Assembly: GCA_038124565.1 (NCBI GenBank)
Contig: JAYPCE010000004.1
Span: 1-60,999, forward strand
Length of the DNA: 60,999 nucleotides
Direction of reading: 5' to 3'
Source of the DNA: Poseidonia sp.
GTDB taxonomy: Archaea > Thermoplasmatota > Poseidoniia > Poseidoniales > Poseidoniaceae
Part shown: positions 19,015 to 28,457 of the stretch, in pieces
Position numbering within the stretch: the first letter of the stretch is position 1
Layout: each line of letters opens with the position of its first letter
Notes under the pieces: model-generated
What the model was told of the DNA's origin: nothing
The model's input: only the letters and a program-made list of their open reading frames with translations
The model's database searches: none
Translations under genes and position numbers: made by a program

Positions 19015-20222
19015 GAGCGATACCGAGTAAGGAAACGCTCGATTCGGTTGAAGGCATCGTTGAGTACATCGCGGGTTGCAAGGTAGACCAACCGTACGTG
19101 TCCTTGCCCGAGTTCGGGCGAAAAACCGCTGCCGTGTACCAACAGAACATGCTCTTCGTGCAACAAACGTAACACGAATTCTTTATCATTTGAGGCCCAC
19201 ATTGGGTCTGTCAATCGGATGAACATGTAGAATGCGCCACCCGGAGATTCCACCTCCAATCCCTCAATCTCATTGATTCGCTGCAAGCAATAATCTCGTT
19301 GGTCCTGAACGCGTTTTCCATAACCCAACATCCAATCTCGGTCCCCAATCAGTCCAGCGAGGTAGCCCAGTTGGGCGGGCGTAGATGCACAGAGGCGGGA
19401 ACGCAACAAACGCTCAATGCCATCCCGCACCAATTCGAGACAGTGGCTCGGGTCGTGAATTGCCATGTATCCAATTCGCCACCCGGGAGCATAGTAGACT
19501 TTGGAGACGCCATTGAGGGCGATGACAGGTACATCGTTGCTACGGCTCGCAACCGATACATGACGACCTGTGAAATCCAGTCCGTCGTAGATTTCATCAG
19601 CAACGACAATGCAATTGGGATAGTTGCGAGCAATGGCCAACAATCGGTCAACCTCTTCGGCACCACAGACAGTACCGCACGGATTGTTTGGGTTGATGAG
19701 GACCAAGAGCCGGACCGATTCGTCCATTTTCTGCTCAATGTCGTCAAAATCCGGCAACCATTGGTTTTGACTGTGTAGACTGTACTCTACGGTTTGAGCA
19801 CCATACATCTGGGGGTAGGCCATGTATGGAGGATAGTGAGGGCCTGGCGCCAAAACCTTGCTACCCTCCTCCAATACAGCAGCGAAAAGAATCTGCAAGG
19901 CTTCAGTCACGCCATGACAGACATAGACATCTTCGGGCCTTGCATCCCAACCTTTTCGTTGTTCATCTTGTGAAATGGCCATCCTAAGTTCGGGCAGACC
20001 ATACGAGGGTGAGTACCCGTTGCGTCCGCTTGCGAGGGCTTCAGCATAAGCGTCCACCATGTGTTGTGGAGTTGGAAGACCGGGGTAAGCGATGGGGTCG
20101 CCAATGTTTAGTTTGATAATTTCGTGACCCTGCTGTTCCAAAAGCGTCGCAGGCACCACCACATCACGTATGGCGTACTCGATGGAAGCGGCCCGTGAGG
20201 AAACAGGAATCTGTGGACGCAT
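19011..20222 (-). CDS. Class I/II PLP-dependent aminotransferase (alanine/aspartate aminotransferase-like)
   Basis: Motifs: NIGDPIAYPGLPTP, GYSPSYGLPELR, the PLP-lysine block NGVSKVYYAPGWRIGY, and a C-terminal conserved R (VRLVYL). Confidence 0.85.
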   Translation of the reverse strand: MRPQIPVSSRAASIEYAIRDVVVPATLLEQQGHEIIKLNIGDPIAYPGLPTPQHMVDAYAEALASGRNGYSPSYGLPELRMAISQDEQRKGWDARPEDVYVCHGVTEALQILFAAVLEEGSKVLAPGPHYPPYMAYPQMYGAQTVEYSLHSQNQWLPDFDDIEQKMDESVRLLVLINPNNPCGTVCGAEEVDRLLAIARNYPNCIVVADEIYDGLDFTGRHVSVASRSNDVPVIALNGVSKVYYAPGWRIGYMAIHDPSHCLELVRDGIERLLRSRLCASTPAQLGYLAGLIGDRDWMLGYGKRVQDQRDYCLQRINEIEGLEVESPGGAFYMFIRLTDPMWASNDKEFVLRLLHEEHVLLVHGSGFSPELGQGHVRLVYLATRDVLNDAFNRIERFLTRYRS

Positions 20223-20234
20223 AGACTCACCGTT

Positions 20235-20708
20235 TTACTTCACATCCTTGAGCGACATCCCCGCCATTCTAAGCACTTCTTCAAAGTGGGCTTGAGAAAC
20301 AGATTGGACCGACAAGCGCTGCCCCTTTTGCAACAGGGCCATTCCTTCAAGAGCAGCATTGGCACGCATATCGTCCAACGAGACCATGGGAATTTCGCAG
20401 ACGGGTTCAATGTCCACCATGAACCAACGTGGTGTTTCGGGTGTTGATTTCTCATCAAAATACTTGCTTGATGCGTCCCAGGATGTAAAATCAGGATACC
20501 CTTTACGAACAATTCGGGCAACACCGCCAACATGCGGAGGCTTGGTGTTGGAATGGTAAAACAAAACCAAATCTCCTATGTTCATCAAATCTCGCATCGT
20601 GTTTCGGGCCTGATAATTCCGTACACCATCCCAGTGGGTTTGCCCGTCTTTCACCAGTTGTGCATAAGGATACACATCCAATTCTGACTTCATCAACCAA
20701 TGGTTCAT
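20235..20708 (-). CDS. EVE (PUA-like) domain protein
   Basis: The ATG at 20708 gives MNHWLMKSE..., with HWDGVRNYQARNTMRDLMNIGDLVLFYHSN and GVARIVRKGYPD, typical of EVE/THYN1-like domains. Confidence 0.8.
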   Translation of the reverse strand: MNHWLMKSELDVYPYAQLVKDGQTHWDGVRNYQARNTMRDLMNIGDLVLFYHSNTKPPHVGGVARIVRKGYPDFTSWDASSKYFDEKSTPETPRWFMVDIEPVCEIPMVSLDDMRANAALEGMALLQKGQRLSVQSVSQAHFEEVLRMAGMSLKDVK

Positions 20709-20746
20709 GGTCCATCGGAGAAGCAAGAGGTCTATGGATTACTCGC

Positions 20747-23700
20747 CTACCAAGCATCAACGACATTGTCAAGCAAGGCGGCATCCATGACATCGTCTGT
20801 CGCTTGATGGGTCCGAATGAGGCCCAATTTCTTGGCCATGTTGTTTGAACCACTCACCGCCCCAATACCCATTTTTTCTAAGGTCACAAAGATGGCGGGA
20901 AGCAAAATGAGAGCACTGGCAGCGGCCACCCAGAGGAGAATGAGAATCACGGTAATGAACGGTTGAATCTCTGGAATCGGGATGTTGTAGGCGGTGAACA
21001 TACCCAATGAAGTGACAACTGCTGCTTCAAACAACGACATACCTGTACCAACCGCAGCACTTCGGATCGCTTGAATCCCTCCGCCTAATTCACGGATACG
21101 GTTGGCAATGTGAATGGAAAAGTCAACCCCAACGCCAACCAAAATCGAACCAATCATCACCGTGACGAGGGACAATGGAACGTCCATGCGCCACATGACA
21201 AGCCATTGCAATGCCACCGTTGCAATCACAGGAGAAGTGGTCCAAATGGAATAACGTATGTCTTTGAACACCACGGCGAGGGTGATGAGTGTGAGGATGA
21301 TAGCGAAGCCGAGTGAGGTCCATTGGGAGCCCACAATCAACTCATTGACTTCAATAGCAGTTGCCGCAACCCCTGTCAAATCCTCTGCGGATTCGCCATA
21401 CGGTCCACTGAAGGAGGCGGCTTTCTCATTGACTGAGTCAACGCTCTTGGAAGTATCTGCAACCGGAATGAACGGCATGTCTACGTAGATAAGGGAGCGC
21501 CCGAAATCCTCACTGATGAAAATCTCACGGGTTTCCTTGGTGAGCGAAGCATAGAAGACATCGAGAAGGAAAATCTGGGTCTGCTGGGAACCAGGGAACC
21601 CGAATTCAGCCGGGTCGTTGAGCAAATCCCAGAAGGAAGCGTCGCCTGAACCGCTCTGATTAAACAAAATTTCAGCCGTTTCTTTGACATCCTCACAGGC
21701 TTCAGAACCAGCACACGGCACCAATTGCAACAATTCGTTGACTTGTTCGCCCGAGACTGTTACTTGAACACCTGAAGCTTTCATTAAGAAGACAACGGAC
21801 ACAGCCGTTGTATTTTCTACCATGTTCAAGGACGATTCAAGTTGGTCAATTTTCTTCAATAACGCAACTGGGTCATCGTTGGTTACATCGTTGTCGTTGA
21901 AATCCCCGCTCACATTGGCGTTGACCAAAATCATTCCCACTTGCCCTGCTTCAAATTCACGGCTGTATTGTTTCATCTTCACAACAGGCGATTCACCTTC
22001 AGGAGCCATACCCAAGAGGTCAATATTTTCCTCTACATTGGCTTGCCCAACGGTCGCAGAAAGTAAAATCAAGAGGGCAAACACGCCGATGACGCCTTTA
22101 TTGTATTTGACGGGAACATCAACCAAAACATCAAACGCTTTCAACGGAGGATGTTTGGGCTTCTTCAAGTCCAAAATGAGGGTAAGATTCGGCACCATAA
22201 ACATGGTGAGAATGTACACGATGACAATGCCCACTGAAAGGGCAATACCAACGGTTTGAATAGGCGCCATGGGCGTGAATACCAAGGAAATGAACCCAAT
22301 GACGGTTGTTACGGCAGAAAGAAACACTGCACGGCCTGTCGATGTAAGTGATGCGCGCATCTTTTCGCTTTTCGTACCATCTTCTTCTGCATAACGATTG
22401 GTGATGTGCAAGCCATACGATACGCCGAGTGCTAACAAAATTGGGCCGACGATAATCACTGTCATGGTGACTTCATAATTCGTGGCCCCAATGAGACCCA
22501 ATGTCCAAAACACAGCGCACAAAGTCGGCAGCCCAGCAATGACAACGACTTTGAATCCTTGAATCGGACGCATTCCTGTAATGCCTGCTTGCAGTAAATC
22601 CGAGTGAAAGACAAACAAGCCAATGGCCACCAAAACCACCGCAAGGGGGAAGATTTCCCAGAAGAGTCTAAACGAAAATTCAGTCACTGCATTGGTAATG
22701 GGCACCGGTCCTGTCAAAACCATACTCAATCCCAAGTCCTCCCAGTCGCACATCCCTTCCGATTCAATGGGGTCACCGTTTGCGTCAAACCGACAGGCGC
22801 GCTCCAATTTTGAGATAGCATCAAACACCTCTTGTGTATCTGCAATGATCTCCTTCGCAGGTCGATTTTCGGTTACTGCAATGGCCATGATGGCGCGGTC
22901 AAGCAAACCATCGGGTTGGCCGTCTTCACCTCCTTCGATATCTCTTGCGAGTTTGTTCAGCCCAGATGTGGGTTCTCCAGTTTCTTCATCGTACATTTCC
23001 CCAATCACAAGGTCAATCGTTGTTTGACTTGGGATTTCGTATGAACCACCAAAACGGTCGTCTGTTTGTTGGGCAAGCTCGTTGATGTTCTCTGCTAATT
23101 CGCGCGACGGACAATTGTCTTCAGGGTTGCTTGAGCATCCCAATTCACCGACCTCGGTGATGATTGCTTCGCGAATTCGGGGCGCACTTGAGTTCACTTC
23201 TTTCAAAACAGTTGAAAGTGAAAGAATGTAAATGACGTCGTCAGAATCGTCTGAGAGATATGGGTTGAGAATGTTTTCCACGTAGCTGATTTCTTGGAGA
23301 ATTCTCTGGTCAGTAATGTTGTATTTCGATGATTCAATGTAAACGACCATGACATTGGTTGACCAATCCTCCTCAACCTTTCCAATCAACTCGGCTACTT
23401 GGCTCCCCTCAGGCAGATAGACCTCGAGGTCACCGTTTACATTCAAGGCAGGATTCTCGGGGTCATCATCAAATTGTGTGTCATCGAGGAACCCAGATTG
23501 AGTAACAAAGTAGGCTGTCAACAGTAAAAACACCATGATGGTCGGAATCGGGAACTTTGTTATGGCCCCTGTTGCGCCGCTTTTCTGCCATTCACGCTTG
23601 AATCGTTTTGGTGCATCTAAGACAGCATCAAGTGTTTTCTTTGAATCAATCGTCTTCAATTGTCCCGACAATTGGTCACGAACCGCCTTGGTACGCCCCG

Positions 23701-23779
23701 TTAGCGCATCCAAACGACGATTTCCGACGGATTCAGCGTCCGTTTGCGGACCATATTCGTCGTCCTCGGGCATGACCAT
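20747..23779 (-). CDS. RND-superfamily (MMPL/COG1033-type) exporter
   Basis: A 1010-aa ORF with two blocks of about 6 TM helices, each preceded by a large soluble loop. It has the repeated sterol-sensing/MMPL-like motifs GVSYGLHITNRY and GVGVDFSIHIANRIRE. Confidence 0.8.
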   Translation of the reverse strand: MVMPEDDEYGPQTDAESVGNRRLDALTGRTKAVRDQLSGQLKTIDSKKTLDAVLDAPKRFKREWQKSGATGAITKFPIPTIMVFLLLTAYFVTQSGFLDDTQFDDDPENPALNVNGDLEVYLPEGSQVAELIGKVEEDWSTNVMVVYIESSKYNITDQRILQEISYVENILNPYLSDDSDDVIYILSLSTVLKEVNSSAPRIREAIITEVGELGCSSNPEDNCPSRELAENINELAQQTDDRFGGSYEIPSQTTIDLVIGEMYDEETGEPTSGLNKLARDIEGGEDGQPDGLLDRAIMAIAVTENRPAKEIIADTQEVFDAISKLERACRFDANGDPIESEGMCDWEDLGLSMVLTGPVPITNAVTEFSFRLFWEIFPLAVVLVAIGLFVFHSDLLQAGITGMRPIQGFKVVVIAGLPTLCAVFWTLGLIGATNYEVTMTVIIVGPILLALGVSYGLHITNRYAEEDGTKSEKMRASLTSTGRAVFLSAVTTVIGFISLVFTPMAPIQTVGIALSVGIVIVYILTMFMVPNLTLILDLKKPKHPPLKAFDVLVDVPVKYNKGVIGVFALLILLSATVGQANVEENIDLLGMAPEGESPVVKMKQYSREFEAGQVGMILVNANVSGDFNDNDVTNDDPVALLKKIDQLESSLNMVENTTAVSVVFLMKASGVQVTVSGEQVNELLQLVPCAGSEACEDVKETAEILFNQSGSGDASFWDLLNDPAEFGFPGSQQTQIFLLDVFYASLTKETREIFISEDFGRSLIYVDMPFIPVADTSKSVDSVNEKAASFSGPYGESAEDLTGVAATAIEVNELIVGSQWTSLGFAIILTLITLAVVFKDIRYSIWTTSPVIATVALQWLVMWRMDVPLSLVTVMIGSILVGVGVDFSIHIANRIRELGGGIQAIRSAAVGTGMSLFEAAVVTSLGMFTAYNIPIPEIQPFITVILILLWVAAASALILLPAIFVTLEKMGIGAVSGSNNMAKKLGLIRTHQATDDVMDAALLDNVVDAW

Positions 23780-23945
23780 GTGGGCACCTTACTTTGTGCG
23801 ACACAACGGCCCTTCAAAGCCTTACCTTTGAACAGCATGTCAAGCAGGCCGAATTGAACTGTCTTGGGCCGACGGGTTGAAATGATGACCCTCATCCCGT
23901 GGGTTGGACCCTCCTCATTTACCGAGGCGGGGCCAGGTGAGGCAC

Positions 23946-26438
23946 ATGCCAGCCCCGAAACTTCCCGAAAAACGATGGTCAATTGACCTTGAAAAGACCA
24001 TCCAAGAGGCTCATTATCAGGATGATGCGGCCTATTCCGGCCGGTATGCGTTTAATCCGAGCAGTGAGAAAGAATTCTTTGTCATTGACACACCACCCCC
24101 CTATCCTTCGGGCACTTGGCATATTGGTGCTGTCGCTCAATATTCAATGATTGACGTCCTCGCTCGAAGCCAGAGATTGCTCGGGAAAGAAGTGTTTTTT
24201 CCTTGGGGCGTGGACCGAAATGGCATCAACATTGAATTCACCGTTGAAAAGAACACAAAGCGCAAGATGAAGACCTACGACCGCGAAGAGTTTCTTTCCC
24301 TTTGCCGAACCACCATTGAAACCTACACACAAGCTATGCGAGAAACGGCCAAACGGGTAGGCCTTTCATGTGATTTCTCGAGGGAATACCTGACCGACGC
24401 ACCCGATTACAGGAGCGTGACGCAATCCATTTTCGTAGAGTTGTTCAAGAAAGGCGACATCATTGAAGATTTGCGCCCGAACATCTACGACCCTGTTGAA
24501 GGCACAACCATTGCCGATGCGGAGGTAGAACGGCTGCCAAGAAAAACAAAGTTGGTCGATATTCGCTGGACCTGTGAAGACGGAACTGAATTGGTTATTT
24601 CCACCACACGGCCCGAGTTGATCTGCGCTTGTGGCGTTGTGGTGGTTCATCCCGATGATGAACGCTACAAGCACCTTGTAGGAAAGGAGGTTTCACTTCC
24701 CTTGGAAACCTCAGGAAGGTCGACCACCGTTCGTGTTCAAGAGCACCCCTCTGTCAAATCTGATTTCGGCACCGGCGTCCTCATGGTGTGTTCCTTCGGT
24801 GACCAAAACGATGTTGCTGTGTTCCGTGAATTGGGACTTGCTCCCTTCCAAGCCATTGACTTAGACGGCAGAATGACCGAAGTCGCTGGACCGTTGCATG
24901 GCATGACCGTGTTGGAAGCCCGCAACGCGGCCATTGAATTGCTTGAGGCAAGCGGTCGGCTTCTCCAATCGGTTGAACGTGACCAAGACATTCCAGTTTC
25001 AGAACGAGGCAAGAACCCAGTTGAAATCATTCTGCTGAAGGAGTGGTATGTTCGCCAAACGCACATACAAGAGCGGATGAAAGAGCATATTGAATGCATT
25101 CAATTTCATCCCATTCGCAACCGACAATTTCTCTTGGATTGGATGGACAACATCAGCATTGATTGGCCAATCAGCAGACGTCGTTGGTACCATACAGAAA
25201 TCCCCATCTGGTACAGTGAAAACGAACAACATGTTGTTGTCCCACCTTCGGGGACCTATGTCCAACCTTGGAAAGATGATCCCCCCTCCGGAAGTCGAGT
25301 GCTTGACCGCGAAACACGTGAAGATTTGGGCTCCTATGAGGCGCTGAAAGCAGATCTCGGCAACCTCACCGGTGAAGAGAAGGTGTTTGATACATGGATG
25401 GATTCATCCAATTCGAACCTGTTCGTGAGCGGCTACCTCAACGCACCAGAAGTGTTTGAGAAGGCCTTTCCGACAGCCCTCCGGCCTCAAGGAAAGGAAA
25501 TCGTTCGTACATGGCTATACTACACGCTACTGAAATCCACCCTCGTTTTGGACCAACCCGGATTCCAACATGTATGGATTGACGGACTTGGCATGGACCC
25601 TTGGGGCCGAAAAATGAGCAAATCTCTCGGCAACGGTATCGATGCCGATTCCGTATTGGAATGCGGTGCCAGTGGGCGAACTGGTTCGTGGAATGTCAAA
25701 GGGCCCGACGGGTCGGTAAAACTTCAAGCCAACAAAATCGGCAGTGAGTGCTTCAGACTCTGGAAGGCATGTGATGCACAGGTTGGCGATGATTTCCAAA
25801 TTAACCCTGAGGAAATTGAAAAGAAGTATTTCGGTGTACTCACGAAATTGTTCAATGTCGCTCGATTTGCATCTCAATTTGAGGTCCCCGCTGACCTTGA
25901 CCAACCACCAGAACAACTGAACAGCGAAGACCGTTGGATACTCGCTGAATTTCAATCCACGATGGCGACTGTTGAGCATGCATGGAAAGCACTGGACATC
26001 TACACGGCAACGCAGGCTTTGAAGACATTCGGGACGGGCCTTCTACCCAGCCATTATCTCGAGATGGTCAAATCAAGACTCTACGACGGAGATGAAGCCG
26101 CAGCATGGACACTTCACCGAATTGTCCGAGATTTCATGGCGGCTTTCAGTCCAGTGTGTCCATTCTTCACCCATCACATCTCCAGCACGGTGTACGGCAC
26201 CTCTGCAGTAGATATCGACGCCTTTCCACCCCATCCTCTTGACGAAGTCGGACCAAGCACCGAGGAAGGAAAACGGCTCTGCACCCTCTCGCCAGCCTTG
26301 CAAGACTTCAATGGTCACGTGTGGGGTGCAAAAAAAGAGGCGGGGCTTTCCCTCAATCAACCCATCACAGGCATGGATGTTCCTGCTTCGCTCACTGAGT
26401 TCTCCGAAGTCTTGACGCGAATGCACCAACTCAGTTGA
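23946..26438 (+). CDS. valS: Valine--tRNA ligase (archaeal type)
   Basis: Class Ia features: PPPYPSGTWHIGA (HIGH-region), a CP1 editing block TTRPELICACGVVVVHPDDERY, GTGVLMVCSFGDQNDV, DWPISRRRWY, DTWMDSS, and KMSKSLGNGI. The ATG at 23946 is preferred over the listed TTG at 23904. Confidence 0.75.
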   Translation: MPAPKLPEKRWSIDLEKTIQEAHYQDDAAYSGRYAFNPSSEKEFFVIDTPPPYPSGTWHIGAVAQYSMIDVLARSQRLLGKEVFFPWGVDRNGINIEFTVEKNTKRKMKTYDREEFLSLCRTTIETYTQAMRETAKRVGLSCDFSREYLTDAPDYRSVTQSIFVELFKKGDIIEDLRPNIYDPVEGTTIADAEVERLPRKTKLVDIRWTCEDGTELVISTTRPELICACGVVVVHPDDERYKHLVGKEVSLPLETSGRSTTVRVQEHPSVKSDFGTGVLMVCSFGDQNDVAVFRELGLAPFQAIDLDGRMTEVAGPLHGMTVLEARNAAIELLEASGRLLQSVERDQDIPVSERGKNPVEIILLKEWYVRQTHIQERMKEHIECIQFHPIRNRQFLLDWMDNISIDWPISRRRWYHTEIPIWYSENEQHVVVPPSGTYVQPWKDDPPSGSRVLDRETREDLGSYEALKADLGNLTGEEKVFDTWMDSSNSNLFVSGYLNAPEVFEKAFPTALRPQGKEIVRTWLYYTLLKSTLVLDQPGFQHVWIDGLGMDPWGRKMSKSLGNGIDADSVLECGASGRTGSWNVKGPDGSVKLQANKIGSECFRLWKACDAQVGDDFQINPEEIEKKYFGVLTKLFNVARFASQFEVPADLDQPPEQLNSEDRWILAEFQSTMATVEHAWKALDIYTATQALKTFGTGLLPSHYLEMVKSRLYDGDEAAAWTLHRIVRDFMAAFSPVCPFFTHHISSTVYGTSAVDIDAFPPHPLDEVGPSTEEGKRLCTLSPALQDFNGHVWGAKKEAGLSLNQPITGMDVPASLTEFSEVLTRMHQLS

Positions 26439-26439
26439 A

Positions 26440-27573
26440 TCATTCCTCCTCAACATGGAGGGTTGTTTGGCGAGAGAGCGGGACCTCCAAATGACCCAAA
26501 CGAAAACCGATGAGACGGATGTTCCTGTCCGAGTCAACATTCGTGGCAAAGAGGTGTTGTGCAAGTCGTTTGAACACCGAAGGGTCGTCCATAGCCACGG
26601 GAATACTCCGGCCTGCTGAATGGGTTTCAAAACCGGTGTACCTGATTTTGACCTCACCTAACCGACCAGAAACCCCCAGACCTATCGCACGACCCATGAC
26701 GGCGTCCACCAGGTCGGTCAACCGGTCGAGCACCACCTCATGATCGCTCCTGTCCTGCTCAAAGGTATGCTCTTTGCCGATGGATTTGCGACTTTGAAGA
26801 GGACTAACATCGCTGCTGCTTTCACCCTCCACCACCGTCATGAACCATGAGGCAAAGCGCTCACCGGCAAGACGGGAAAGCGATAATTCACCTAGTTCGT
26901 GAAGTTCGTCTGCGGTCGTGAACCCCCATTCAGCCAGTTGCTGGGCGCGTTTTGGACCTATGCCGGGAATTTCTCTCAAAGATCGCCCCTCAAAGAACGA
27001 TTTTACCTCGTCGGGCATCACACGGAAAATACCGTTGGGTTTGTTCACTTCGCTGCTCATTTTCGCGAGAATCCGAGTGGGTCCAATACCGAACGATGCC
27101 GTGAGACTCAAGTTCGCAAAAATTTCCTGCTGCAGGGATGTTGCGAGTGCAAAAGCAGCGTCCCAATCACCCTTCACACGTTCCGTGACGTCAAGATATG
27201 CCTCGTCAATGCTGGCCTTTTCAAACAAATCGGCTTCCCTGCGCAAGGACTGCATCACCTTACGACTCGCTCTGCTGTAAAGCCCCCGCGTTCCTCGAAT
27301 GTAACATGCAGGACCAAACGGTGCTGCCGGACACCTGCGCCAAGCCTCTGAAATGGGCATGGCGGAATGGATGCCGTATGTTCTCGCCTCATAATTGCAC
27401 GTTGAAACGATGCCGCGACCTCGGCCTTGCTTTGGGTCCGAACCAATGATGAGTGGCACAGATGGGTCAAAGCCATGGTGCAGTGTTTCTACGGCCGCAA
27501 AAAAAGCGTCCAAGTCACAATGGATGATGATGCGACCCTCAGCCGCGGACGGGTTCTTTTCCAGTTCACCCAC
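26440..27573 (-). CDS. dinB: Y-family DNA polymerase IV (DinB/Dpo4-like)
   Basis: Catalytic blocks are intact: IIHCDLDAFFAAVE and SIDEAYLD. Also present are STCNYEARTYGIHSAMP, the HhH motif IPGIGPKRAQQL, and a little-finger domain. The start is GTG at 27573. Confidence 0.85.
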   Translation of the reverse strand: MGELEKNPSAAEGRIIIHCDLDAFFAAVETLHHGFDPSVPLIIGSDPKQGRGRGIVSTCNYEARTYGIHSAMPISEAWRRCPAAPFGPACYIRGTRGLYSRASRKVMQSLRREADLFEKASIDEAYLDVTERVKGDWDAAFALATSLQQEIFANLSLTASFGIGPTRILAKMSSEVNKPNGIFRVMPDEVKSFFEGRSLREIPGIGPKRAQQLAEWGFTTADELHELGELSLSRLAGERFASWFMTVVEGESSSDVSPLQSRKSIGKEHTFEQDRSDHEVVLDRLTDLVDAVMGRAIGLGVSGRLGEVKIRYTGFETHSAGRSIPVAMDDPSVFKRLAQHLFATNVDSDRNIRLIGFRLGHLEVPLSRQTTLHVEEE

Positions 27574-27600
27574 ACATCATTTCCTAAGCCAAAGGTGCTT

Positions 27601-27623
27601 GAACTTGATGCATCATTCAGTTC
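27601..27623. promoter_or_regulatory. Imperfect palindrome in the dinB / imuA-like divergent intergenic region (candidate operator)
   Basis: In GAACTTGATGCATCATTCAGTTC the core TGATGCATCA is a perfect 10-bp palindrome, flanked by GAACT...AGTTC arms. It lies in the 98-bp spacer between the two divergent start codons. Confidence 0.3.
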
Positions 27624-27671
27624 AACAAAGGGGTGTAGAGAACGATTGATGACCTCCGATGGTGACCGTCC

Positions 27672-28457
27672 ATGATTGACATGACTGACATACCAAGCGG
27701 CGCAGCACGGACACATATCATCAAGCCACCTCTCCAAGAAGTGGACCTCTCGCTGGTGTCACCCCAAGCTGGACAACTCTACCATTTGTCTGGCCCCGGA
27801 CACGCTGGACGCGGCATGCGCCCCGTAGCGGAGCATTGGGTGGTTGAAGCGTTGGTCCGAGGAGAAGTGGTGCATTGGGTAGATGGCGCGTGTCGTATTG
27901 ACCCTTCGCGTCTTCTTCCTGCACTGGCTGAACGAAACGCAGACACCGATGCGTGCCTTTCCCGCCTCTACTTGAGCCGAGGATTTACATTGCATCAACT
28001 CGACCGGCAACTTGAGCGTCTTCCTCAAGAATTGGCCATCACACGTTCGCCTTTGGTGGTGATCGACGGATTGCTGGCCATGCATGGGGACGATGCCATT
28101 CGACGAATTGAATCAAGAGTCTTGTTACGACGCCATCTTCAGGTGATGCAAGACATCGCTGAACGACAGCACAGAGCAGTGGTCGTCATCACGGAATCAA
28201 CCACCAATGACTCGCATCATCAACGTTTGATTCAATGTATTCATCGTCATGCACAAAACCATCTCGTTGGTCACTGGCAGGGTTCGCGACACAAACGAAT
28301 GCTCCATCTACACCATCCACGAACCGGTTTGCGAGGCCTCTGGCGCAGCACACCAAAAAGCGAGCAGACCAATCTTGTCCTCACGTATCACCCCGCACAT
28401 CTTCAGGTATTTTCGGCCTCGGTGGGCTGTTTGCCGTTGCTTCACGAAAAACGTTGA
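27672..28457 (+). CDS. Degenerate RecA-fold protein, ImuA/RadB-like (hypothetical)
   Basis: This 261-aa ORF is the only long ORF in the interval. It has a Walker-A-like LSGPGHAGRG (K to R, S/T to G), VHWVDGACRIDPSRL, LSRLYLSR, a Walker-B-like SPLVVIDGLLAMH, and RAVVVITE. The layout resembles ImuA/RecA-core proteins. Its 3' end overlaps the convergent PolB gene by 77 nt. Confidence 0.5.
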   Translation: MIDMTDIPSGAARTHIIKPPLQEVDLSLVSPQAGQLYHLSGPGHAGRGMRPVAEHWVVEALVRGEVVHWVDGACRIDPSRLLPALAERNADTDACLSRLYLSRGFTLHQLDRQLERLPQELAITRSPLVVIDGLLAMHGDDAIRRIESRVLLRRHLQVMQDIAERQHRAVVVITESTTNDSHHQRLIQCIHRHAQNHLVGHWQGSRHKRMLHLHHPRTGLRGLWRSTPKSEQTNLVLTYHPAHLQVFSASVGCLPLLHEKR

